From positions 800,001 through 864,000 of the forward strand of contig OY970223.1 of NCBI GenBank assembly GCA_963714015.1: a stretch of 64,000 nucleotides of DNA. Reading direction: 5' to 3'. The position numbers and the translations under genes are program-made. This document shows positions 31,701-41,509 of the stretch, one piece after another. The DNA is from Vulcanimicrobiota bacterium. Lineage in GTDB: Bacteria; Vulcanimicrobiota; Vulcanimicrobiia; Vulcanimicrobiales; Vulcanimicrobiaceae. The notes below the pieces were generated by a model. The model made no database searches. It was not told the origin of the DNA and saw only the letters and a program-made list of their open reading frames with translations. Position 1 is the first letter of the stretch. Each line of letters opens with the position of its first letter.

Positions 31701-32237
31701 CTAACTTCTCGCCCTCCAAGCGGACGAGTCCCCTCGCTACATGGGTCATCTCTTCGGGATAGACGCCGTGCAGAAGGCCTAAGACTTCCGACAAGGCCTC
31801 CACGCGCTCCCCTTCGACGTTCGACTCCTGCGTTATCCAACGGTTGAGCGGGACGCCAACTCGAACCGGATCGTCACGGAACTTTCCGCGCTGGGGCGTG
31901 ATTGCGCGTCCCCCAGCGCAAGATCCCCGACCGCGGCGCGCCACTGTGCAAAGACCTGTAGTCTTTCCTCACGCCGCAGACGATCATGATCTTCATCGCC
32001 CCCCGCTGGTTCCAGACCCTCATAGTGATCCCGCAAGCGGTTCACGATTTCGCGCATCGCGTGGCCGATGAGGTAGGCCCTCCCCGGAAAACCCTCGCAC
32101 TGGCGCAGAATCGCCCCAGACTCGAACACCGCCGCCATCTCGCCGAACAGCTGCAGTGCCTCGACTATGTCGCGTTCTCGCTTGTTGAGTAGCGCGCGGA
32201 GGATGGAGATAGTCCCACCCAAGGACTCGTCCGGCAT
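28765..32237 (-). CDS. Large (~1150 aa) alpha-helical putative defence protein, broken by several frameshifts
   Basis: Consecutive overlapping ORFs 31833-32285, 31549-31944, 30932-31555, 30090-30965, 28814-30148, 28765-28992; N-terminal GHAMREI..RL motif; FF..L..P...F..PP...WP...YL...A...P motif. Confidence 0.6.
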
Positions 32238-32637
32238 GCCGTCTGTTTTTGCACTAACCACCACGACGAATCTTGCTTCGCACAATGCCGTGCCATATGC
32301 CTCGCATCAGTTCATGTGTGGCGCACCGCTTTTGCTACTAGGAATTGGTCTAACGTCCGGTGTTCGGCGCGCTCAAAGCCGAGCGAGTGGCTCCAATCGA
32401 TGATTTTGTGAATGCCGGCCATGAAGGCAGCCGCCGGCCCCCAGGCGCTATATCGTGAATGGAACGAGCACCCTGGTGCCTTTCGTTGACGCGGCGGGTT
32501 CATCGACGCTACCATCGACGCCCTATGAGGATCCTGGATATTGGCCCCGAGAAGGCCCAACCAGCGGATTCGAATCCTGAGCAGGCGACGCACGCGCAGT
32601 GCCCTATTAAGAGTGGCAAGGAGACGCACATAAGGAT

Positions 32638-34492
32638 ATGAGCGTCGGACGTGCCATCGCGTCACAGAACTTCCCACCCCTGTTCGGGCCTTATCACCGG
32701 ACGGAGACTCTCGCTGCCCTGGCACTTCATGGACCGATGCCGGCACCGGCGCTGGAGCGCATTTTTTCGCTACAGACGTCCCGGAGTATACGTCGCGAAG
32801 GCCGAATCGCGCCAAGATGCTGGTCCCGGTTCGAGCCGCGAAAGGCCAACTCGGGGGCACCACGGTGATCGGAGATCAACCCCCGGCTTCCGGTGCGTTC
32901 GGAACTGGAAGACCTGCTCGGCGCGCTGCGCCGCCACCACGCTGTGCGGCCATGAGCAACCCGGTTCTTCCTATACAGATGGCGGCGTTTTTGGAGGGGC
33001 CACGCCCCCGAGGTAGATCTGGATTTCCTTTTTTGCAACGCGGGTCCGCACCCGGACGCTGGTGGTGCCGAGGGCGCTCGGTGGCGAGGAGACCACCGGA
33101 CGGCTACAGCGATCGGTTCTGAATTTTTTCTCCGGACGCGTCCGTGGAGCAGTCGTCGGATTCGTCGAGGATGGAATTCTGGAACTCGACGGGTAGACCG
33201 TGCGGTTCAACCAGCGCCTTACGTGGCTTAATGAGCTGTACGCGCTTTTGCACGCCTTGGGACATCTGATGGGCGACGTCGTCAGCCACGCACGCTCGGC
33301 GAATGACGAACGGCAGAACAATCCAGGACGATCCAGTGGTGAGCTATGGAACGCGCTTCCGCCTTTTCGGAAGCCGCGCAAACCAAGCGATGCTCGCATG
33401 CCTAGCCGCTTTCGGTCCCAAACGTTCAACGGCGCTTGCCGCCGTATCGGCGGTCAAAGATTCGACGGCGATCCATAGGCTTGTAAAAGCCGGCATCGTC
33501 TGCCGGGTACCGGGAGCCAAAGCCCGTGCCGGCGATTTCTATGCGCTCAACGCGGCACATCCGGTCTATTCGAAGCTCGAGCCGCTTTGCGCACCGACGC
33601 GATACTGGACGAAAGCCTTCCGTTTCGGCAACCGGGGTTGCTGTACGGACGGGCCGGACGGGTTCGAGGAGCGGCAGTCGTTTCCGCCACCCTATGAAAT
33701 CTTCGGAACCCAAAAGAAGGACGCCCGGGCCAACATTGTGGCCACTCTGGCGCACACCGAGCACGCCGAAGCCGATGCTGGCTCCCTTTCGCGCCTGCTC
33801 TCGGAGCACGAAAGCACCTCGATTTTGAAGGCGTTGAAACGGCTTGCGAAGCACGGCGCGCTCGCCAGACGGGAACTTCGTGGCCTCAATCTGTACCGCG
33901 TAAATCCGGATGAACGCGCCATGACGAACTGCTCGACCTGCTTTTTGCGATGGGTCGGGCATGGCCACGCGACTTCTCCGAGGGAGGCCAAGTCGAAGCG
34001 CGCCTGCATCCCCCTAGGCGGAACGCCATCGAACGCGCTCGCCGCACCGAGGCTGGTCGGCCCGCGGCAATGCCGGTTGCCGCGACATGAGCAAGTCTGC
34101 CCTGCCTCCCGTTCCGCATGGTGCGTAGACCGAACAGAGAGCAAAGAAGACTTGGAAACGCAGGTGTTGCGTCAACGAACGGCGCGCGGCCGCCATCGAG
34201 CCCAACTTTGCTCTCACCCACGGCGCGCGTGCTCTTCGCCCTGACCGACGTCCCCCGTCAAAGCGCTACGTTAATTGCGGAGGCGGGGTGTGATCCCCAT
34301 ATCGGTCACCGGAGTCTGCGCCGCCTCATTCTTCTCGGCCTTGCGAAGCGAACCGCTATAGGGCAAATCCGGCTCGCCGAGCCTTCGCCGAATTCCGGAA
34401 TTTTCAAGGTCACATTTTTGGGGTCACCCGTCGAGCCCGGCTCCGCCTCGTATCGGCGAGCGGGGAATCTCACGTGTCTGTCGGCTATTTGA
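32638..34492 (+). CDS. Tandem winged-helix repeat protein (~5 repeats), multiple frameshifts
   Basis: TAAGGA RBS; recurring units LFGPYHRTETLAALALHGP, LFATRVRTRTLV, LFGSRANQAMLACLAAFGP..YALNAAHP, IFGTQ..ARANIVATL..LYRVNP, LLSPTARVLFAL. Confidence 0.6.
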
Positions 34493-34660
34493 TCGACGGG
34501 GCCGGGCAGACGCCGCGTCATCTAGCCTGGTGCGGGCGCATCATCATCGCCGGCGAGAGCAGCGCGAAGGTGCCGATGGGATTGTGCTACTCTTGTTCAC
34601 CGGCAGCTCTGGGGGCCACCAGCGAACGACGCCGCGGCGTGAGCGCATCCAGTGAGACAT

Positions 34661-34811
34661 CGAATACTTTGGCTTCAAGCTGCTATACGGTAGAATACTT
34701 TGGATTCACGCAGTAAAAGCGTAATACTTTGGATTTAGCCATTTCGTCTAGCTTAACCCAAAGTATTTCGAGTAGGGTAAGAAGATCTCTCGCCGCAGAT
34801 ACTTTGGGTTA
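34661..34811. repeat. Right-end/junction cluster: five ATACTTTGG copies around the ATTTCGTCT core
   Basis: Direct copies at 34664, 34695, 34724 and 34799; inverted copy 34758-34766; core at 34741-34749. Confidence 0.9.
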
Positions 34812-35259
34812 GTGCACCGTCACGCTCGCCCAGACGACGTGCGGATGGAAAAGAGTCATGCGTAGGTCAACGTTGATCCTGTGGAGCGCTCCCGAGGGAG
34901 ACGCACTTTTCAAATATCGCAGGCGGTTTTCAGGTCTACCTTTTGCAAGTCGACGGCCGCGCCGAACATTTCGCACGCCTCGACCTAAATCGGAGGACGT
35001 TTACGCAAGATTCAGCCGGTATTTGAAGGACGAAGTATACCGATTGTTACGACGGTAGTTCAGCCGCAAACGGTTTGGCGACGGACGCCACAGTCTATCA
35101 GGACCTTGAGCGTGTTTTCGGACCTTCCGCTCGTAGACCGAGCAGAGCACGACGGCTCGGCCACATGACGCGGCCGTCCGTTAACGGCGAGCGTCGTCAG
35201 TAGCCGGTCCTCACATTCGCGTCGAAGAGGGGGGCGGTTCTTGGTCTGGCTTCCGCGCT

Positions 35260-35670
35260 ATGGGCTTGGTTCGCGAAATTGCAAAGGCAGCCCGGGACGC
35301 CCATTATATTGCAAGGCGCACGCGATATATCGATGTAGTCATTTATCGCCAAGGGCGTAACGATGCCGTCATTATAGAGGCAAAAAGCCTCGAGGAGGAC
35401 GACGCTGATCGAGCCAGATGTGCCATAGACCAGCTCCTACTTTACAGGTGCTTGCATGCCGAAATGTACGGTCAATCTGCTGGCCTTGTCGCAGCATTTA
35501 CGCGAAAACCTCGGTACAAGAGTTTTGATCTTACCGAGATTCTAGTGAAATGCGGCATTGGCGTTTTGTGGCGCGCAGACACTTCATTTAACGGGACTGA
35601 CTCGGCTCGACAATCCGTTTCATGGATTTTCGACCAACAACACGAAATAAACAGGCTCATTCAGGCGTGA
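35260..35670 (+). CDS. PD-(D/E)XK nuclease domain protein (probably 3' part of a longer gene starting ~34858)
   Basis: IDVV...IIEAKS...AIDQLLLY motif set. Confidence 0.7.
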   Translation: MGLVREIAKAARDAHYIARRTRYIDVVIYRQGRNDAVIIEAKSLEEDDADRARCAIDQLLLYRCLHAEMYGQSAGLVAAFTRKPRYKSFDLTEILVKCGIGVLWRADTSFNGTDSARQSVSWIFDQQHEINRLIQA

Positions 35671-36140
35671 TGCTGTTTAGTAGTGACGAAAAGGCTCCTT
35701 CGCCGTCAACTCTTGTGCTCTCGAGGACCGTCAGTACGACTCAGCGTACTGGGTAGCCGGTAAAGTGGTCCAACGATAGATGCAGAATCAAAAGGCTCGG
35801 GCTCAAGGAGACCACCATGCGCAGTTGCTAGCCGGTGCACTTCGCTGCTACCGCGCGCATGTGAACGTTGCGAGCGGTTGCGCTCTCTTACAGCGCGCAC
35901 GGTGTTCGCACAACGCCGAAGATTCCGTCATTGTCGCTTGATTGAATGGCACGTGCCGGTGGTTACAGCATCGACTTGTCCATCATCCCGCCGAACGCCG
36001 CGCGAATACAATTTACCCTTCAAAGTTCGCACGCAACCCCGTCGCCGCATCTGGAATGTTAAGCTCCGGCGCAAGAGCGCAGGTGCGTCCGCGAGTCCCT
36101 CGCCGTCATAAGAAAGCCTCCGGTTTGAGCGCCGCGTAGG

Positions 36141-38345
36141 CTAGGCGCATTTGTTCCATCTCGATGCGCACGCTGTCCGCATCGATATGGTCGTACGCCG
36201 CGCCCGCAGCGGCGGCAAGCGCCATCAAACATTGCTGTCGTCCGGGTCGATGTCGGCGCCGTTTTTGTGCGGCCCGAACAGCGCGATCGCTTCCAAGCGC
36301 TGGCGCAAAAACACCGGCATCGCGATAACGGGGCGCGCAGGACTGTCGGCCAAATCGCCGGCGTTCCAGCCGAGGTCGCTCAGGCGCAGCGTTTCCCGTT
36401 CGGATTCCAAGTGCAGCACGAGCGTGTCGTCCGCGGCAATCTCGCCGTTTGTCTCTTCATCCCAACCGAGCGCAAATTCGCGCACATATGCCCCCTTGCC
36501 GGCTCGCGATCCGAATCCGTCGACGTGATAAACGATCGCCAAGTTGGGCCGCATTTGCACCCGCTCACGCCCCTCTATCATCGCTCACGCCGGCGGCAGC
36601 ACGGGCACGTAAGGCGAAGGAAGCCGCAGCGCTTCGTCCTTGAGCCACAAAAGTGCGGCGGCGAGTTCCGCTGCAATGGTGCGCAATACGAACTGATCGT
36701 CCGGATCGTACCACTGACTGTGCGGGCGCGCGCCCACGTAAATGCCGCCGTGTACCCGGCCAACGACGGTGAGCGGCAGCAGTAGGCCATTTCGCGGCAG
36801 CAGCGTCTCGATGCCCCGCACGTCGACGGTGGCGTGCGTTCGGCGCAGCCGCATAAACGCAGGATCGTCTTGCGGCACCACTTCAGGTGCCCGTTCAAAC
36901 CCGTGTATCGCGTACGGAGTATAGACGCCTTCATCAAACCGGTAGATCGCGCAGGCACCTTTAAACGTGCGATAAATTTCACCGATTGCATGACGCGCGA
37001 GCGCATCGGGGTCATGGGCTTCCGAAAAATCTTCGACCATGGCGAGAAGCCTATCGTGAGCGGCTTTTTTCTCGCGATAGAGCGTGCGTTGAAGCCCGTT
37101 TTCAATGTGGCCGCCGATCCAGCGCATGGAGAGGCCGAGCAGAATCGGAATCGCGAAAGAGACGGCGATATTTCCGAACCGTCCGAGAAAGACGTGATCT
37201 AAAAACGATTCCGTAAGCGCAATGACGGCAACGATGACGCCGAGCAAGATCGCATACAGTGCGGCGCGGCTTACGAAAAAATCGAGGTCGTAGACGTTCT
37301 TGGTGAAAACGACGTACGCAACGGCAACGGGCATCACCATTATCGTGAGGCCAAGAGCGCCGTCGAAGGGCAAACTCAGATTCCACAAGCCGGTAACGAC
37401 CGCATCGACGGTCGGGCCGGAGAACGCAACAACCAATGACCAGAAAATGATGCGGACGGTCAAGGGTTGCCGCTGGCGTGGCTCGACCGACGCAAACCAA
37501 ACGGCGGCGAGAACGACGACGAACCCCAAGATGTATGCGATCGCCAGCGCGAACGCCAGCCCCGACTGCTGCGCATCGACATCGCCCACGAACATATAAC
37601 GGATCTCAAAGTAGCCGAAGACTGCAAGCAAGATCACGTTTGGCGCGTACAGCACCCGGAACGCCCACAGCGCAACCGGCGAAACTTGCACCGGCACGAA
37701 GCTCTCGGCAAACAAATAGAGCAGCACGAGCGACAGCGCAGTCGTCAGCACGGTTACGACCCACGACGCCACCGCGAGCGGTCCGATTGCAAAAAAGCCG
37801 TTGAACCCCCACATAAACGGCAGTCCTGAGATTGCAAGCGCCTCGAGAAAGAGCCCGCCGAGCAGCGAAGCGCGGTCCCGCCCACGCAGGAGCAACAATG
37901 CTCCGAAGATCGCCGAAAACACACTGAGCACGTCGCTCACAAGCGCAGACACACGATCGTTCCACGGCGCGCTCGTAGTGCGCCGAAGAATACGGACGAT
38001 CTTACCGTCGCGCTGATACGGAAGGCTAAACGTTTGCTCCGCGCCGACAGAGCCAAGCGTAACGTCGTCACCGCCGTTATAGCCCGAGACCGGCCCGCTA
38101 CCCCACAAATTAAAACGATAGCGTTCCAGCGGCGTCAACAATCGAAAATCCAGCACGTCTCCCGGGCGCAACCCGGCATCGCGTCCGGCTTTCGTCACGT
38201 GCGTCATCGTGAATACGGGCCAGGCTCCGCGAGACGACGATTCATATCGCACGATCGACCCTTGATTGAGGGTTCCAAAAATGCTCGCAACGACGAACAC
38301 GAGCGTCGCAACCGAGATGAGGGCCCCCACGACGGTACGGGTCAT
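36141..38345 (-). CDS. Membrane sensor-like protein: PDZ-like + multi-TM + two GAF-like domains (frameshifts near 36590 and 36230)
   Basis: AGLRPGDV, ~9 TMs, LLLPL.V.GRVHG.IYVG and IAMPVFLRQRLEAI.LFGPH GAF-type strands; no output domain seen. Confidence 0.65.
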
Positions 38346-38410
38346 GCTTGTCCGCTTCGACAAGCGTAGCAGAGAACCGCCTGGAAACGCGGCGTAATGC
38401 GCCCTTGAAT

Positions 38411-39445
38411 CTACACCCGGCCGTGCGCGGCGCAGGTCGCGAGGCTGCCGCCGAAGACGACGCCCAAGCCGCATTGCGAGCGAAACATCCGCCGGTTGTC
38501 GTGCGGAACGCCGCGTACGAAGGCGTAATCTTGATTGGTTCCACCCGGATGGCGGCGATGCATGTAGGCGATGAAGTTCTTGCCGCGGGCGAAGCGGTAC
38601 GGCCCTTGCGCTTCTCCGCCGCACGAACGGTCGAGATCGTCTTCGTTCGGATTGGTGTCGGCAGTACCGAGCAGATAGGTGACGTGCCGCTTGACGTACC
38701 GCGTTTCGAGCGTTGCCGCGGTGCCCCTGACGTAGGGCGGCGCGCCGGCGATGCCGTAGCGCCACTGGTTGAAGTCGGGGCAGTTGCGCTGCGGCACCGG
38801 ACGATCCTTGCTGAAATAAAAGTACGACGAAGGGTTGGCGATCACCAGGTGCACGGGGACGCTTCCCGCGGCCGGATCGAGCTGCGGCGCGTTGCCGACG
38901 ATGGCGTAGCGGTCGACGATCTGTCCTCCCGCGGAGTGTCCGGCGAGCACGATCTCGCGCATCTTCGGAAAATAGCGCTTGTCGGCAAGGCGCGCGATCA
39001 TCGCGTCAAACACCGCGTAGGTGCTGATCGGCGCGGGCGCGACGGCGGGCGAGCCTCCCGGCCATTTGGAATCCCAGTAGAGCGTGCGCGGTGAGACGTT
39101 ATGTCCCGCAAGATCTTCGCGTTCGACGAATTGCGGCGAGATGACGATCGTATTCGCGGCGTGCGCGTCGCGAGCGGCTTCCATCGCGGTGTCATAATAA
39201 TAATCGGCGTCGCGCAGCACACCGTGCACCATGATCAGCGCGCGCGTCGCGTTGCGATCGCCTTCGAGCCCCAAGTTGCCGTAATAGCGCGCGTATCCGC
39301 TGCCTTGCGGCGTGCGCACGAAAAACTGCCGCGGCGCCAGCACGCCCGAATTGTCGGGCTGCGGCGTTTCGGTCGCCATCGGCAGCGGCGCGGCCGCCAT
39401 GGCAAAAACGAGCGAAGGCAATGCGAGCAAGGCGAGCAGTTTCAC
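38411..39445 (-). CDS. Secreted alpha/beta hydrolase
   Basis: Signal peptide; MVHG oxyanion motif, LAGHSAGGQ nucleophile elbow, ANPSSY, V.GV.HD. Confidence 0.85.
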   Translation of the reverse strand: MKLLALLALPSLVFAMAAAPLPMATETPQPDNSGVLAPRQFFVRTPQGSGYARYYGNLGLEGDRNATRALIMVHGVLRDADYYYDTAMEAARDAHAANTIVISPQFVEREDLAGHNVSPRTLYWDSKWPGGSPAVAPAPISTYAVFDAMIARLADKRYFPKMREIVLAGHSAGGQIVDRYAIVGNAPQLDPAAGSVPVHLVIANPSSYFYFSKDRPVPQRNCPDFNQWRYGIAGAPPYVRGTAATLETRYVKRHVTYLLGTADTNPNEDDLDRSCGGEAQGPYRFARGKNFIAYMHRRHPGGTNQDYAFVRGVPHDNRRMFRSQCGLGVVFGGSLATCAAHGRV

Positions 39446-39499
39446 GATCGATGTCTTCGACCGGAGGGGCACCGCTCCCCGGAGAATGTCGCGCCATGG

Positions 39500-40169
39500 T
39501 CGTACGCACCGTCCTCACCTTGCTGTGCTGCCCGACGTCGTCCATCGCGCCCCAACACCAACCGTTTACGCAGATCGCCGTCGCTTCTCGCCATGATACG
39601 TATCTGCCAGTCGGGCCGCAAAAGCACTGCGCAAAGCAGTGTACGTTCCGGCGCGGATGCGGTATCATCGACGGCCGTGTCAAACCTCGAGTACACGCTG
39701 AAGGCGAAGCACAGGTGGCGCCTTCGACATCATCAGATCAATCCGCACGCGCTTCAACGGCGGCGCGTTCTGGATGCCGGAATTCCGTGCTCTGCTGGAT
39801 GTGCTCGCATCGTATATGCCCGAGGTCGTCGGCCACGCGGTCGAGCAGCGGGGACACAGAATCTCCAGCAAGCGGGGCACGTCGCATTCCGCCGGGCAGA
39901 AGTTCCGTCTATTCGGCAGCCGCGTGAACCAGGCGATTCTGGCGTACCTGGCGGCGAACGGACCTGGCGGCAAGACGCAGATCATGGCGGCGGCGAACTG
40001 CGACGTGCCGGCGATCCGCCCGCTCCTTGAAGGTGCTGCCGGGACGGTCTGCGTCATCCCGGCACGCTCTGGCAACCGCGGTGATCTGTACTCGCTGAAC
40101 GCCCCCCATCCGGTGTTCGCGGAAATCCGCGCGCTGCTCCGGACCGAGGCGATCCGCAAGCAGACCTAG
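39500..40169 (+). pseudogene. Remnant paralog of the tandem winged-helix protein
   Basis: WMPEFRALLDVLASYMPEVVGHA...FRLFGSRVNQAILAYLAANGP...GDLYSLNAPHPVF aligns by eye with 33200-33580; 5' boundary uncertain. Confidence 0.65.
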
Positions 40170-40231
40170 GCGCACCTTTTCGATCCATTGCGGTCAGCGC
40201 GCGAAAGCGACGGACGCGGGCGTCAACTGAA

Positions 40232-40283
40232 TAAACTTGAAATCATGCGACATCGAACAGCGGCGGACAATTAAACTTGAAAT
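40232..40283. repeat. 12-bp direct repeat TAAACTTGAAAT x2
   Basis: Copies at 40232-40243 and 40272-40283 in AT-rich DNA just after the wHTH remnant. Confidence 0.8.
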
Positions 40284-40471
40284 AGTAAGCGGCCTTTTGA
40301 AGGCGCAGCATCGGCTATATGCAGCTTAACTAATAATCAGCGCGATATGACGGGCCGTCCTACGTGACGGCCGCACGCTCGACTGCACTAAAGGGCCTGC
40401 TACTGCCTAGTAGCAGGTAGTGCTATAGTGCGCATGCATGACGTTGCTGTCTTAAGATTTGGAGTTTTCCT

Positions 40472-41509
40472 ATGAATTCTCGCGCTTCGCTTCGGTCGAT
40501 CTCGCGCCGTGACGTTCTGGCTTTCGGAGGCGCCGCCGCTGCCGGCACAGTGCTGGCTGCTTGCGGCTCGCACGGGGTCGCCTCCGGACCCTTGAGCGAG
40601 CCCGACGATGCGGACCGGTCCATAGCTGCAGGGCGCTTGTCGATGGCGGAGATAACCTCGAATTCGACTGCTCCGCCGCCGTGGGTGCGCAAAACGATCG
40701 AAGACGTCATTCAAGCGCAAGGCACCGCGTCGAATGGCGTTTTTGCGATTGAGGTCGACCGCAAAGATATTCCAAACGTGCACCTGCGCGGCGTTCCGAT
40801 TCTTCCTTCATTCGAAATAAACGGGACGCTAAATTTCCAAAGCGTCGACGGCGGAGGCGGCAACGTGTTCACGAATTCCGATCTTTGCCTAAAAGCGGAC
40901 GAAATTGACCCGTTCATTTCACAACTCATCGATCACGACATCATCTTTCAGGCGGAACATCAGCACTTCTACGACTTCGATCCGCTCGTGTGGTTCATTC
41001 ACTTCCGCGCGTATGGGGATGCGAAACAGGTGGCGAGCGGCGTTAAGGCGGCTTTGAACGTTACGTCCACGCCCTTCCCGCAGACGCTCCCGAAAAATCC
41101 GACGACGCCGCTGCCCGCCGAGGAGATCGGTGATATTTTAGGTGCGGCTCCAAGCGTGAGTTCAAACGGCGTGGTCAATTATTCGATTCCGCGCGCGAAT
41201 CCAATGAGGCTCGGAAAATTTCAGATCAACCCGTATCTGAACATTATGACGCCCGTCTCATTCGAGCCCTTGGATCGTAGCGGCAAGACGGCCGCGGCCG
41301 TGCCGGATTTCGGCATGGTTGCCGATGAAGTACAAAACGTCGTGCGCTTGATGCGCTCGCGCCGATGGGACATCGGTTGTCTCTATAATCAGGAGACAGA
41401 CGAACACCCGCAGCTCGATTTTTCGCATCAGTTCAAGACCGGCGACCCCATCGCGCTGGCGCACGAAATTCGAGACGGCTTGAATCTGATGGACATGCGG
41501 TTCATGTAA
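40472..41509 (+). CDS. DUF1259 (LppY/LpqO-like) Tat lipoprotein
   Basis: SRRDVL twin-Arg, LAAC lipobox; two internal repeats with AEHQHF...WFIHF and LYNQE...FSHQ. Confidence 0.78.
   Translation: MNSRASLRSISRRDVLAFGGAAAAGTVLAACGSHGVASGPLSEPDDADRSIAAGRLSMAEITSNSTAPPPWVRKTIEDVIQAQGTASNGVFAIEVDRKDIPNVHLRGVPILPSFEINGTLNFQSVDGGGGNVFTNSDLCLKADEIDPFISQLIDHDIIFQAEHQHFYDFDPLVWFIHFRAYGDAKQVASGVKAALNVTSTPFPQTLPKNPTTPLPAEEIGDILGAAPSVSSNGVVNYSIPRANPMRLGKFQINPYLNIMTPVSFEPLDRSGKTAAAVPDFGMVADEVQNVVRLMRSRRWDIGCLYNQETDEHPQLDFSHQFKTGDPIALAHEIRDGLNLMDMRFM

Larger units (their letters stand above)
23672..34740. mobile_element. Putative ~11-kb DDE transposon/island inserted at the tRNA-Leu 3' end
   Basis: Perfect 16-bp inverted repeats GCTAAATCCAAAGTAT (23673-23688) and ATACTTTGGATTTAGC (34724-34739); flanking direct repeat ATTTCGTCT (23662-23670, 34741-34749); internal DDE transposase. 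Confidence 0.75.

Noticed and set aside
34677..34685. Array spacer CAAGCTGCT matching the 24411 hairpin as a guide-target pair
   Set aside because: A 9-bp match is expected by chance at this scale, and I saw no match for the other spacer.
23672..34740. Tn7-like or CAST element
   Set aside because: No TGT...ACA ends, no 5-bp duplication, and no TnsB/TnsC AAA+/TniQ homolog recognisable.
34661..34811. CRISPR array
   Set aside because: Repeat is only ~10-13 bp, occurs in both orientations, spacers are ~20 bp and no cas gene is visible; fits protein-binding sites better.
35700..36130. Possible gene remnant or ncRNA between the nuclease and GAF genes
   Set aside because: No convincing ORF, motif or stable structure recognisable by eye.
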